From: an uncultured Gemmatimonadales bacterium
GTDB lineage: Bacteria; Gemmatimonadota; Gemmatimonadetes; Longimicrobiales; RSA9
Length of the DNA stretch: 64,000 nucleotides
Assembly (NCBI GenBank): GCA_963741945.1
Contig: CAVUKA010000003.1
Location: 32,001-96,000 of the forward strand
Reading direction: 5' to 3'
A model generated the notes under the pieces. That model worked only from the letters and a program-made list of their open reading frames with translations. It was not told the DNA's origin and ran no database searches. Made by a program: the position numbers and the translations under genes. Below are positions 38,245-47,437 of the stretch, one piece after another (the first letter of the stretch is position 1; the number at the start of each line of letters is the position of its first letter).

Positions 38245-40752
38245 ATGGTGGAACAGCAAGAAATCGAAGCGACGAGCGGTCTCCGCGATCGTCTCGGCCG
38301 GGCCGCGCGCCTGATCCGCGCCCGCGCCGTGGCGGTGGTGGAGCGTGGCGCGGGCGACGCCATCCACGTACTCGGCTCCTGGGGGCTCGAGGAAGAGGAC
38401 GCGGCGTCGCTGGAGCGCTCGCTGGAGTGGCTGGACGAGGCGCTTGCGGAGGACCGGCCGCTGGTCCGGTTCGACGGCCGCGCGGAGACGTCGGAGATCG
38501 CCATCGCGCCGCTGCGAGGGCGGCTGCTGGCGTGGGCGAGGATCCACCCCCCGGAGCTGCTGACGGACCATCACCTGGAGCTGCTGCGGGAGCTGGCGGA
38601 CGCGGCGTGGGAGATCGAGCGGCTGACCGCGGAGCCCGGCGAGCCCGGCTCCGGGGACGGTGCGGGGGACGATTCCGGGGAGCCCGGCGCCCGCCCGGCG
38701 TCGCCCTCCCCGGCGCCGTCCTCGCCGGCCGCCTCCAACGGCGCGGGCGCGACGACGGAAGCGCTGGAGCCGGAGGCAGTCGCCCGGCTGCTGGCGGGCC
38801 CGGTGCTGTCGTCGGGAACCACCCTGGGGACGTACCTGATCCGGGCGGGCCGGCTGGCGCACGTGAACGCCACGCTGGCGAAGCGGCTGGGGTACTCGCC
38901 GGAGGAGGTGGTGGGCCGGGACGCGCTGGCCATCGTACACCCGGAGGACCGCGCGAAGGTGGCGCGCAAGATCGAGGAGCGGCGCGGCGGACGGGTGGAG
39001 CGGGTGACGTACACGTTCCGGGCCGTTTCCCGCGATGGCGGGGTGGTGCACCTGGAGGCGCACGGCGGCACGCTTCGGCTGCACGGCGAGCCGGCGCTGG
39101 GCGGCGTGGTGGTGGACGTGACCAGCCGGACGCGGGCGCTGGAAGCGCTGCGGGCGTCGGAGTCGCGGTTCGCCCGCATCGTGGCGCTCTCGCGCGACGC
39201 CACGCTGTACCTGGAGTCGGACGGGACGGTGGTGCTGTTCAACACGGCGGCGGAGCGGCTGTTCGGTGTGACCGCCCGCGACGCCCTTGGGCGGTCGCTG
39301 GAGGAAGTCTCGCCGGAAGTGGCGGCCGCGGTGGCGTCGCATGATGAGGAGCACCCCGCGCTACCCCGGACGGCGGAAGTCCGGCGTCGCGACGGCTCCG
39401 CGTTCTGGGCGGAGGTCTGGGCGGCCGCGGGCGGGCGCGGCGAGGAGGGGGAGCTGCGCGTGGTGATGGTGCGGGACGTGACGGAGCAGCGGCGGCACGA
39501 GCGGGCGCGCGACCGGCTGCTGCGGCTGGAGCGGGACGAGCGGTTCCGGGCCGAAGTGTCGCACATGCGGGCGCAGTTCCTCGATGACCTCACGGCCGAG
39601 CTGGCGGCGTCGCCCCCCGACCCGCCGACCATCCTCTCGCGCCTGGTCCAGCTCGCCATCCCCGTGGCGGCCGACTACGCCCTCTGCTACCGCTTCCGCG
39701 ACGACGCCCCGCCGGACGTGCTGGCCGCGGCCACCATGGCGGCCACGCGGCTCGCCGTGCTGGAGGACCCGCCCGCGCTCCCGGAGCTGTCCTGGGAGGA
39801 AGAGCCCGGCGGGTGGCTGTGCTCGCCCGGGGCCGACCCCCGGGTGCGTGCCTTCTTCGATCACCACGCGCGCCGCCACGAGGCCCGCGCGGTGCAGCTG
39901 CTGCCACTCCTCGATGGGGAGCGGGCGCACGGCGTCCTGGTGCTGGGGCACACGTACCACGTGACGGACTCCGAGCTGGCGACGCTCGGGCAGCTGGGGC
40001 GGGACGTGGCCACGCGCGTTTCCATGATCCTCGAGCACGGCCGCCTGTACCACGATGCGCGCACGGCCGCGCGGCTGCGGGACCAGGTGCTGGCCGTGGT
40101 GTCGCACGACCTGCGCAACCCGCTCAACGTCATCGGGTTCACCACCGACTCGCTGCTCCGCCACTGGCCCGAGGACCCCGCGGAGATGGAAGCGGTGCGC
40201 CGGCAGGTGGGTGTCATGCGACGCTCGGCCGAGCGGGCGAAGCGGCTGGTCCGCGACCTCCTCGACTACGCGCAGATCGAGGCCGGAATCCTGGCTGTCG
40301 ACCCCGTCCCGTGCGACACCGCCGCCCTCCTTCGCGAGGCCCGCGACTTCCGCCGCCCCCTGGCCGACCAGCGCTCCATCCGCCTCGAGATCCAGCTCGA
40401 CGACGACCTCCCCGCCGTCCTCGCCGACGCCGAGCGCGTGCTCCAGGTCCTCGGCAACCTCCTCGACAACGCCTTCCGCCACACGCCTCCCGAGAGCGCC
40501 GTGCGCCTCCGCGCCGCCGCCGCGGGCGACACCGTCCGGATCGAGGTGGAGGACGAGGGCCCCGGCGTCCCAGCAGACGAGCGGGAGCGGATCTTCGACC
40601 GGTTCTCCCGCGGCCGCGGCGGCGGCAAGGTGGGCGCCGGCCTCGGCCTCGCCATTGCCCGTGGCATTGTCGCCGCCCACGGCGGCACCCTCGAGGTCAC
40701 CGGCCCCGCCCACCAAGGCGCCACCTTCCGGTTTACGCTGCCCGTGGCCTGA
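38245..40752 (+). CDS. Cytoplasmic PAS-PAS-GAF histidine kinase
   Basis: VNATLAKRLGYSPEEVVG..VHPEDR, FNTAAERLFG, VSHDLRNPL, NLLDNA, DEGPG, GAGLGL; no clear TM helix. Confidence 0.92.
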   Translation: MVEQQEIEATSGLRDRLGRAARLIRARAVAVVERGAGDAIHVLGSWGLEEEDAASLERSLEWLDEALAEDRPLVRFDGRAETSEIAIAPLRGRLLAWARIHPPELLTDHHLELLRELADAAWEIERLTAEPGEPGSGDGAGDDSGEPGARPASPSPAPSSPAASNGAGATTEALEPEAVARLLAGPVLSSGTTLGTYLIRAGRLAHVNATLAKRLGYSPEEVVGRDALAIVHPEDRAKVARKIEERRGGRVERVTYTFRAVSRDGGVVHLEAHGGTLRLHGEPALGGVVVDVTSRTRALEALRASESRFARIVALSRDATLYLESDGTVVLFNTAAERLFGVTARDALGRSLEEVSPEVAAAVASHDEEHPALPRTAEVRRRDGSAFWAEVWAAAGGRGEEGELRVVMVRDVTEQRRHERARDRLLRLERDERFRAEVSHMRAQFLDDLTAELAASPPDPPTILSRLVQLAIPVAADYALCYRFRDDAPPDVLAAATMAATRLAVLEDPPALPELSWEEEPGGWLCSPGADPRVRAFFDHHARRHEARAVQLLPLLDGERAHGVLVLGHTYHVTDSELATLGQLGRDVATRVSMILEHGRLYHDARTAARLRDQVLAVVSHDLRNPLNVIGFTTDSLLRHWPEDPAEMEAVRRQVGVMRRSAERAKRLVRDLLDYAQIEAGILAVDPVPCDTAALLREARDFRRPLADQRSIRLEIQLDDDLPAVLADAERVLQVLGNLLDNAFRHTPPESAVRLRAAAAGDTVRIEVEDEGPGVPADERERIFDRFSRGRGGGKVGAGLGLAIARGIVAAHGGTLEVTGPAHQGATFRFTLPVA

Positions 40753-40768
40753 GGCGGGCCGGGCTGGC

Positions 40769-40800
40769 GGTCTGGGGTCTGCGGTCTGGGGCCTGGGGCC
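40769..40800. repeat. Heptamer tandem repeat GGYCTGS x4
   Basis: GGTCTGG GGTCTGC GGTCTGG GGCCTGG GGCC just after the kinase stop. Confidence 0.6.
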
Positions 40801-41087
40801 AGCGTCGTCGACCGCCCACCGAACGCTCCACTCCCCCGCGGGTCGGTCGATCGACGGCGCATGGAGCCGTCCCTCGCCCACCGAACGAACGCCCTCCGAT
40901 CCGCTGGTCATTCAACGGCACATGCGCTCGTCCATCGACCAAGTGTGGATCCGAAACCCATATACTGGTCGATCCGCCCCCTCCGCGAGGCCCGCAGGAC
41001 CGAGCCCCGCTGCGCCGCCAAGCCGGCGCCCCTCTGCGAGGCCGCAGGCCGAGCCATGCTGCGAGGTCCGAAGGACCGAGCCAGCCG

Positions 41088-43034
41088 TCAGATCTCGATC
41101 TGCGCCCCGATTTCCACGACCCGGTTGGGTGGCAGCCGGAAGAACGAGGTGGCGCCGCGAGCGTTCCGGCTCATGAGGACGAAGAGCCGTTCGCGCCAGA
41201 TGGCCATGCCCTTGACCTTCTTGGAGGCGATGAGGTTCTCGCGGCCGAGGAAGAAGGTGGTCTCCATCGGCTTGAGGTTGAGTCCCTGCTTGCCGTGGAG
41301 CATGGCGAGGGCGCGGGGGATGTTGACGTCCTCCATGAAGCCGTAGTGGAGGACGACGGAGTAGAAGCCGGCCTCGCGCGGTACCACGGTGCAGCGGTCG
41401 GCGAGGGGGACGTGGGGCGCCTCCTCGGTGACCACGGCGAGGCAGACCACCTGTTCGTGGAGCGCCTTGTTGTGCTTCAGGTTATGGAGCAGGGCGCGGG
41501 GCGTGGCGTCGGTGTCGCCGAACATGAAGACGGCGGTTCCGGCGACGCGGTGGGGCGGGTGGTCCTCGATGCTGCGGAGGAAGTCGTCGAGGGGGAGCTC
41601 GTTGCGTCCGATCCGCTCGGCCAGGATGGCGCGGCCGCGCTTCCAGGTGGTCATGAGCGTGAACACGCCGGCGGCCACGAGGAGCGGGAACCAGCCGCCG
41701 GCGGGGATCTTGGTGAGGTTGGCGCCGAAGAAGGAGAGGTCGATGACCATGAAGAAGGCGGCGAGCCCCAGCGCCAGGGGGAGCGGCCAGTTCCAGCGCT
41801 CGCGGGCCAGCACGTAGAAGAGGACGGTGGTGATGACCATGGTGGTGGTCACGGCCACGCCGTACGCGGCGGCGAGGTTGCTGGAGCTGCCGAAGCCGAT
41901 GACGAGGCCGATGCACGCCACCATGAGCGCCCAGTTGACGGCGGGGACGTAGATCTGCCCCATTTCCGTGTGGGACGTGTGCTCGATGTTCATGCGGGGC
42001 ATGTAGCCGAACTGCACCGACTGCATGGCGAGGGAGAACGACCCGGAGATCACGGCCTGCGACGCGATGACGGTGGCCGCGGTGGCCAGCAGGACCAGCG
42101 GGTAGAGCGCCCAGTCGGGCCCCATCCTGTAGAACGGGTTCTCGATGGCGGCCGGGTTGCGCATGAGCAGCGCGCCCTGGCCGAAGTAGTTGATGAGGAG
42201 CGCGGGGAGCACGAAGGCGAACCAGGTGAGGCGGATCGGTCGTCGCCCGAAGTGGCCCATGTCGGCGTACAGCGCCTCGCCGCCCGTCACCACGAGGAAG
42301 ACGCTCCCGAGCACCAGGATCCCTTTCAGTCCATTGGCGGCGAAGAACGAGGCTGCGTGCAGCGGGCTGAGGGCGGCGAGGACGGCCGGGGTCTGGAGGA
42401 TCTGCCACGCGCCCAGCGTCGCCAGGACGAGGAACCAGACCATGGTCACCGGGCCGAAGACGCGCCCCACGCCCTCCGTTCCCCGTCGCTGGAAGAGGAA
42501 GAGGCCGATGAGGATGCCGATGGTGATGGGGATGACCACGGGCTCGAAGACCGGCGTGGCCACGCCGAGCCCTTCCACGGCGGAGAGCACGCTGATGGCG
42601 GGGGTGATCATGCCATCGCCGTAGAGGAGCGCGGCGCCGAAGAGGCCGAGGAGGATGAGGCGCCACTTGCCGCCCTTCCGGCCCGCGCCCATGGGGGTGA
42701 CGAGCGCCGTGAGGGCGAGGATCCCCCCCTCGCCGCGGTTGTCGGCCCGCAGGATGAAGACCAGGTACTTGAGGGAGATCACGAGGACCAGCGCCCAGAA
42801 GATGAGCGAGAGGACGCCCATGATGTTGTTGGGCGTGACGGGCATGCCGTAACTCTCGTGGAAGCTCTCGCGCAGCGCGTAGAGCGGGCTGGTGCCGATG
42901 TCGCCGTAGACCACGCCCAGCGTGGCCAGGGATAGGACGGCGAGGCGCTTGCCCGTGGGCTCCGCCGGAGGGTGGTGCCCGGCGGTCTCGCTCCCGCGTC
43001 GCTCCAGGTCCTTCGGGTCCGCGTCCGTGCTCAT
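41088..43034 (-). CDS. kup: Potassium transporter Kup
   Basis: LGVVYGDIGTSPLYA, GEGGILAL, ITPAISVLSAVEG, GGEALYADMGHFG, NYFGQGA, LHNLKHNK. Confidence 0.96.
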   Translation of the reverse strand: MSTDADPKDLERRGSETAGHHPPAEPTGKRLAVLSLATLGVVYGDIGTSPLYALRESFHESYGMPVTPNNIMGVLSLIFWALVLVISLKYLVFILRADNRGEGGILALTALVTPMGAGRKGGKWRLILLGLFGAALLYGDGMITPAISVLSAVEGLGVATPVFEPVVIPITIGILIGLFLFQRRGTEGVGRVFGPVTMVWFLVLATLGAWQILQTPAVLAALSPLHAASFFAANGLKGILVLGSVFLVVTGGEALYADMGHFGRRPIRLTWFAFVLPALLINYFGQGALLMRNPAAIENPFYRMGPDWALYPLVLLATAATVIASQAVISGSFSLAMQSVQFGYMPRMNIEHTSHTEMGQIYVPAVNWALMVACIGLVIGFGSSSNLAAAYGVAVTTTMVITTVLFYVLARERWNWPLPLALGLAAFFMVIDLSFFGANLTKIPAGGWFPLLVAAGVFTLMTTWKRGRAILAERIGRNELPLDDFLRSIEDHPPHRVAGTAVFMFGDTDATPRALLHNLKHNKALHEQVVCLAVVTEEAPHVPLADRCTVVPREAGFYSVVLHYGFMEDVNIPRALAMLHGKQGLNLKPMETTFFLGRENLIASKKVKGMAIWRERLFVLMSRNARGATSFFRLPPNRVVEIGAQIEI

Positions 43035-43287
43035 TCGCTCCGTTGTCTCCCCCGCAGCCACCCCGATCGTCGCCAGTCATGCGCCGCGTGCGGCGCTGCG
43101 GCGCTGGCGCCGGGAAAGCCTCGCGCCGGCGACGGAATTCCGCAACCGCATCCCATGGCGGCGCCCTGGTGTCGGGGGACACGGACGCGGGACACGTGCC
43201 GGGAGTGCGGAGTGGAAGGAAAGGTGTCAGGCGAGGACGATGGCGGGGGCGATCGTGGCGGATCTGTCGGATCGTCTGCGTGGCCGG

Positions 43288-44214
43288 TCAGCGCTCCCCG
43301 CCCGACCCGGCACTTCCGGAGCGGGGCGGGTGCCCGTGGAAGAGCACGTCGACGGCGTCAGCGAAGAGGCGTCGCATGGCCGGACCGTCCACGCGTGCCC
43401 GGACCTGAACCTCCCACTCGCCCCCGTCCTGTCGCACCGCGTGGTAGAGAGCACTGGGCGTGGTCAGCTCCACCTCCCCCTCCTCCTCGCCTTCCAGCGG
43501 GACGTCCAGCCCCCCGCCGCCATCCTGGTCATCCTCGACGCGGCGCGCGGCAGCGGCCTCCGGGACCCGGGCGGCCTGAACTTCCGCTTTCGCTTCGGCC
43601 CGCTTCGCCCGCTCGGCCTCCGCGCGTGCCGCTCGACGCCGCTCGATCTTCCGGCGCCGCATGCGGGCGGCCTTCCACGGGCCCACGTAGAACGTGCGGT
43701 CGGGATAGGGCCAGCCGAAGCGCTCGCGCACGGCCTCGAGTGCGTCGCTACCCTCGGAGCCATCCTGAATCCGGCTGTCGCAGAAGCGGATGAGGAGGTT
43801 GCGCTGCTCGAGATCAAGGTCCGTGTAGCGGTCGGGGTAGTCCAGCTCGCCGGCCTCGACGACGGCGCCATCATCCACGTCCGCGGTGTCCGCCCCCGGA
43901 ACCGGGGACCCTCCACCGGCCGATCCCCCCGCCACCGCCCCCGCCTGCCGGAGCGTGGAGGCCGTGCCGACGAGCCGCCCCACCATGATGCGGCCGGCCT
44001 CCCGCTCCAGGCGGGGGTAGGCGCGCCTGGCCGCCCGTCTGAGCTGGACGTGGTCCGCGTCCTGGCCCGCCCGGGCCAGGAGCTCGCGGGCCACCGCCTC
44101 CCGGTAGCTCCGATCCCGCTTCAATCGGTCGACGTCGAGCTCCGCCGATGGGCCGCTGGCACGCTTCATCTCAATGCGCTGGTGACGAGGAAACTCAATC
44201 GGCACCCTGCTCAT
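43288..44214 (-). CDS. Hypothetical protein
   Basis: Open frame with host-like GC3 codons and a charged helical segment; fills the kup-pepE gap; follows a consensus sigma-54 promoter; start uncertain (44268/44214/44169). Confidence 0.65.
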   Translation of the reverse strand: MSRVPIEFPRHQRIEMKRASGPSAELDVDRLKRDRSYREAVARELLARAGQDADHVQLRRAARRAYPRLEREAGRIMVGRLVGTASTLRQAGAVAGGSAGGGSPVPGADTADVDDGAVVEAGELDYPDRYTDLDLEQRNLLIRFCDSRIQDGSEGSDALEAVRERFGWPYPDRTFYVGPWKAARMRRRKIERRRAARAEAERAKRAEAKAEVQAARVPEAAAARRVEDDQDGGGGLDVPLEGEEEGEVELTTPSALYHAVRQDGGEWEVQVRARVDGPAMRRLFADAVDVLFHGHPPRSGSAGSGGER

Positions 44215-44289
44215 TCCGGCAAGCGGGCGGTGGCCGGCCTGTCGGTCCGGCATCGGAGGGTCCTGCACAAGAAGGGCGTGGATCAGTCA

Positions 44290-44306
44290 TGCAATGCAGG
44301 TGCCAG
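44290..44306 (-). promoter_or_regulatory. Sigma-54 (-24/-12) promoter
   Basis: CTGGCAC-CTGCA-TTGCA matches YTGGCAC-N5-TTGCW. Confidence 0.8.
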
Positions 44307-44382
44307 ATTCGGAGGCCATGGCCACGGCCCGCCTGCGCCACTCCGCCTTTCGGGACCATGCCGTCAATCGTACGTTCACGCC

Positions 44383-45114
44383 ATGATCCACGACCTCCTT
44401 CTGCTCAGCAACTCGGCCCTGCACGGACGGGGATTCCTGGGACACGCACTGGGCGCCATCGAAGCGTTCCTGGACGGTCGGACGACCATCCATTTCGCGC
44501 CGTTCGCCCTGGCCGACCACGACGGCTACACGGAGAAAGTGCGTGCGGCGCTGGCGCCGCTCGGTGTGGAGGTGGCAGGCCTCCATGCCGCCGGCGACGC
44601 CCGCGCGGCGGTGGAGGCGGCGGACGTGGTGTTCGTGGGCGGCGGGAACACGTTCCGCCTGCTGCGGGACATCCACCGGCTGGGGCTGCTGGAGCCGGTG
44701 CGGCGCCGGGTGGCCGGGGGCACACTGGCGTACATGGGCTCGAGCGCGGGAACGAACGTGGCGTGCCCCACCGCCCGCACCACCAACGACATGCCCATTG
44801 TCGAGCCGCCGTCGCTGGAAGCGTTCGGGCTCGTCCCGTTCCAGATCAACCCGCACTACCAGGACCCCGAGCCCGGGTCCACGCACATGGGCGAGACCCG
44901 CCAGCAGCGGATCCGCGAGTTCCTGGAAGAGAACGACGTGCCGGTGCTGGGGATCCGCGAGGGCGCGTGGCTCCGCCGTGCCGGCGACCGGCTCACGCTC
45001 GAAGGCGACACCGGCGCGCTGCTTTTCCGGCGCGGCCGGGAACCCGAAGCGTTCGGCCGCGGTGACGACATCTCCGCGCTGCTGCGCGTGCCGGCGCGAT
45101 TCGATCAGCCGTGA
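44383..45114 (+). CDS. pepE: Dipeptidase E
   Basis: LLLLSNS, FVGGGNTFRLL, GSSAG, TTNDMPIV, PFQINPHY, HMGETR. Confidence 0.95.
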   Translation: MIHDLLLLSNSALHGRGFLGHALGAIEAFLDGRTTIHFAPFALADHDGYTEKVRAALAPLGVEVAGLHAAGDARAAVEAADVVFVGGGNTFRLLRDIHRLGLLEPVRRRVAGGTLAYMGSSAGTNVACPTARTTNDMPIVEPPSLEAFGLVPFQINPHYQDPEPGSTHMGETRQQRIREFLEENDVPVLGIREGAWLRRAGDRLTLEGDTGALLFRRGREPEAFGRGDDISALLRVPARFDQP

Positions 45115-46673
45115 GCCCGCGCTGGACGCAGGGCGGCCAGGGACGGCGACGTGTGGGGCTCCTGCTCGGCCCGGCGGTGTTCGCGCTGTTCCTCGCGCTC
45201 CGCCCGCCGGCCGACCTCGATCCCGCCGCCTGGCACACCGCGGCCGTGGGGCTGCTCATGGCCGTCTGGTGGGTGACGGAGGCGATCCCGATCCCGGCCA
45301 CCGCGCTCCTGCCGCTCGTGCTCTTCCCCGTGCTGGGGATCCTCGATGTCAGCGCCGCCGCGTCGCCCTACGCGAACCCGATCATCTTCCTGTTCCTCGG
45401 CGGTTTCCTGCTGGCGGGCGCCATGCAGAAATGGGAGCTGCACCGACGCCTTGCGCTCACCGTGGTCATGGCGCTGGGCACGCGCCCGCACAGGCTGGTG
45501 CTGGGCTTCATGGTGGCCACTGCGTTCCTCAGCATGTGGGTGAGCAACACGGCCACGGCAGTCATGATGATGCCGATCGGGCTTTCCGTGGTGGAGCTCG
45601 TGGCGCCGAAAACGGAGTCGGGCGACCTGGGGCAACTCAACTTCGGCACCGCCCTCATGCTCGGCATCGCCTACGCGGCCAGCGTCGGCGGCCTGGCCAC
45701 GCTCATCGGGACACCGCCCAACGCGCTGCTGGCCGGCTTCATGAGCGAGACCTACGGCGTGGAGATCGGGTTCGCCCAGTGGATGATGGTCGGGCTCCCG
45801 CTCACCGCAGTGGCGCTGCCGCTGGTCTGGCTCCTGCTCACGCGCGTCCTCTTCCCGATCCGCATCCGCGAGATCCCCGGCGGCCGGAGCGCCATCGGGG
45901 CCGAGCTCCGCAAGCTCGGCCCCGTGGCCCCCGCCGAACGCAGGGTGGGCGTCGTCTTCGTGCTCACGGCCCTGGCATGGATCACCCGACCGCTGCTCGA
46001 TTCCGCCATTCCCGGCCTCAACGACACCAGCATCGCCATGGCCGCGGCGCTGGCGCTGTTCCTGGTCCCCGCCGGCGGGCGTCGTCGCGCGGCGGTCGCT
46101 GGCGACGCGGTGGCCCACGGAGCCGGCGGCCCGGCCGGGACCAGCGACCCGGCCCGCGGCGGTGCGCTCCTGGACTGGGACACGGCCCGCGGGCTGCCGT
46201 GGGGCGTGCTCCTCCTGTTCGGCGGCGGGCTCAGCCTGGCCCACGCGGTCACCACCACGGGACTCGCGGAATGGATCGGCAGCGCGCTCGGCGTGCTGCA
46301 CGCCTGGCCCACCGTGCTCGTGGTGGTGGCCGTCACCACCGTGATCGTCTTCCTCACGGAGCTGACCAGCAACACCGCCACCGCCGCCGCCTTCCTCCCC
46401 GTCCTTGCGCCGCTGGCCGTTGCCGTGGGCGAGAACCCGCTCATGCTCGTGCTCCCCGCCGCGCTCGGCGCGAGCTGCGCGTTCATGATGCCCGTCGCCA
46501 CCCCGCCCAACGCCATTGTCTACGGCAGCGGCTACATCACCATCCCCCAGATGGCGCGCGCCGGGCTGGTCCTGAACATCCTCTTCATCGTTCTGGTCAC
46601 CGTGCTGGCGTACACGCTCGTCCCGGCCGCGTTCGATGTGGTGCCCGGGACGATCCCCGGCTGGGCAAGATGA
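45111..46673 (+). CDS. DASS/SLC13 sodium:dicarboxylate symporter
   Basis: WWVTEAIPI, SMWVSNTAT, IGTPPN, TELTSNTAT, FMMPVATPPNAIV. Confidence 0.93.
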   Translation: MSPRWTQGGQGRRRVGLLLGPAVFALFLALRPPADLDPAAWHTAAVGLLMAVWWVTEAIPIPATALLPLVLFPVLGILDVSAAASPYANPIIFLFLGGFLLAGAMQKWELHRRLALTVVMALGTRPHRLVLGFMVATAFLSMWVSNTATAVMMMPIGLSVVELVAPKTESGDLGQLNFGTALMLGIAYAASVGGLATLIGTPPNALLAGFMSETYGVEIGFAQWMMVGLPLTAVALPLVWLLLTRVLFPIRIREIPGGRSAIGAELRKLGPVAPAERRVGVVFVLTALAWITRPLLDSAIPGLNDTSIAMAAALALFLVPAGGRRRAAVAGDAVAHGAGGPAGTSDPARGGALLDWDTARGLPWGVLLLFGGGLSLAHAVTTTGLAEWIGSALGVLHAWPTVLVVVAVTTVIVFLTELTSNTATAAAFLPVLAPLAVAVGENPLMLVLPAALGASCAFMMPVATPPNAIVYGSGYITIPQMARAGLVLNILFIVLVTVLAYTLVPAAFDVVPGTIPGWAR

Positions 46674-46693
46674 TCGGCGAAGACGCGAAGAGT

Positions 46694-46999
46694 GCGGAGG
46701 ACGCGGAGAACAGCGCTCCACGCGGAGACGCGGAGGACGCGGAGAACAGCGCTCCACGCGGAGACACAGAGGACGCGGAGAACAGCGCTCCACGCGGAGA
46801 CGCGGAGGACGCGGAGAACAGCGCTCCACGCGGAGACACAGAGGACGCGGAGAACAGCGCTCCACGCGGAGACACAGAGGACGCGGAGAACAGCGCTCCA
46901 CGCGGAGACGCGGAGGACGCGGAGACCAGCGCTCCACGCGGAGACGCGGAGGACGCGGAGAACAGCGCTCCACGCGGAGACGCGGAGGACGCGGAGGAC
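46694..46999. repeat. 36-bp tandem repeat x8
   Basis: RCRGAGGACGCGGAGAACAGCGCTCCACGCGGAGAC, eight contiguous near-identical copies with no spacers. Confidence 0.95.
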
Positions 47000-47341
47000 G
47001 GCGGGGGGGCCGGATTCGGGGCGGAGCAGCGCGCCGTGGACCGGCGAGTTTCAGGACGCCTGTTCTTCTGGTCTGCGCGAGTTCGAGCGCGGGGCCACCT
47101 CCCAGCGTGAGGCCACCTCCCTCGCCGCGCGTGCTGCCGCGTTCACGTGCGGCCTGCGGCGCCGGTAGCGCACCGAAGCCCCGATCCGCCTCCCTGCGGG
47201 GGTGCGCTGCCCGGCCACCCGGTCCCGGGAAAGCCCGCGCCGCGGCTGACGCCCACAGTCACGATCGCCCACCCGTGCCGCAAGAGAAGAGATAGCCCCG
47301 CCCCTTGCCGCCGCCCTCGCCCCCCAGCCACGCCCTCAAGC

Positions 47342-47432
47342 CCTCCGCGTCCTCCGCGTCTCCGCGTGAAACGCCGTTGCCGTTCTCCGCGCTCTCCGCG
47401 TGAAACGCCGTTGCCGTTCTCCGCGCTCTCGC
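47342..47432. repeat. Inverted, related copies of the 36-bp unit
   Basis: CCTCCGCGTCCTCCGCGTCTCCGCGTG and two copies of CTCCGCGTGAAACGCCGTTGCCGTTCTCCGCG. Confidence 0.75.
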
Positions 47433-47437
47433 GGTAC

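Noticed and set aside
43035-43287. c-di-AMP (ydaO) riboswitch upstream of kup
   Set aside because: The conserved GCTGAATC, GGAACC and GTCAGCTAAC segments were not found.
42922-44382. Long N-terminal extension of PepE (730-aa ORF)
   Set aside because: It overlaps the opposite-strand gene and the sigma-54 promoter; PepE homology starts at 44383.
46694-46999. CRISPR array (36-bp repeats)
   Set aside because: Units are contiguous with no unique spacers, and there are no cas genes.
46670-47110. Acidic repeat protein (AEDAENSAPRGD)n starting at an ATGA overlap
   Set aside because: The repeat is open in several frames and has inverted non-coding relatives, so it is better explained as a DNA element. 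Not fully excluded without proteomics.
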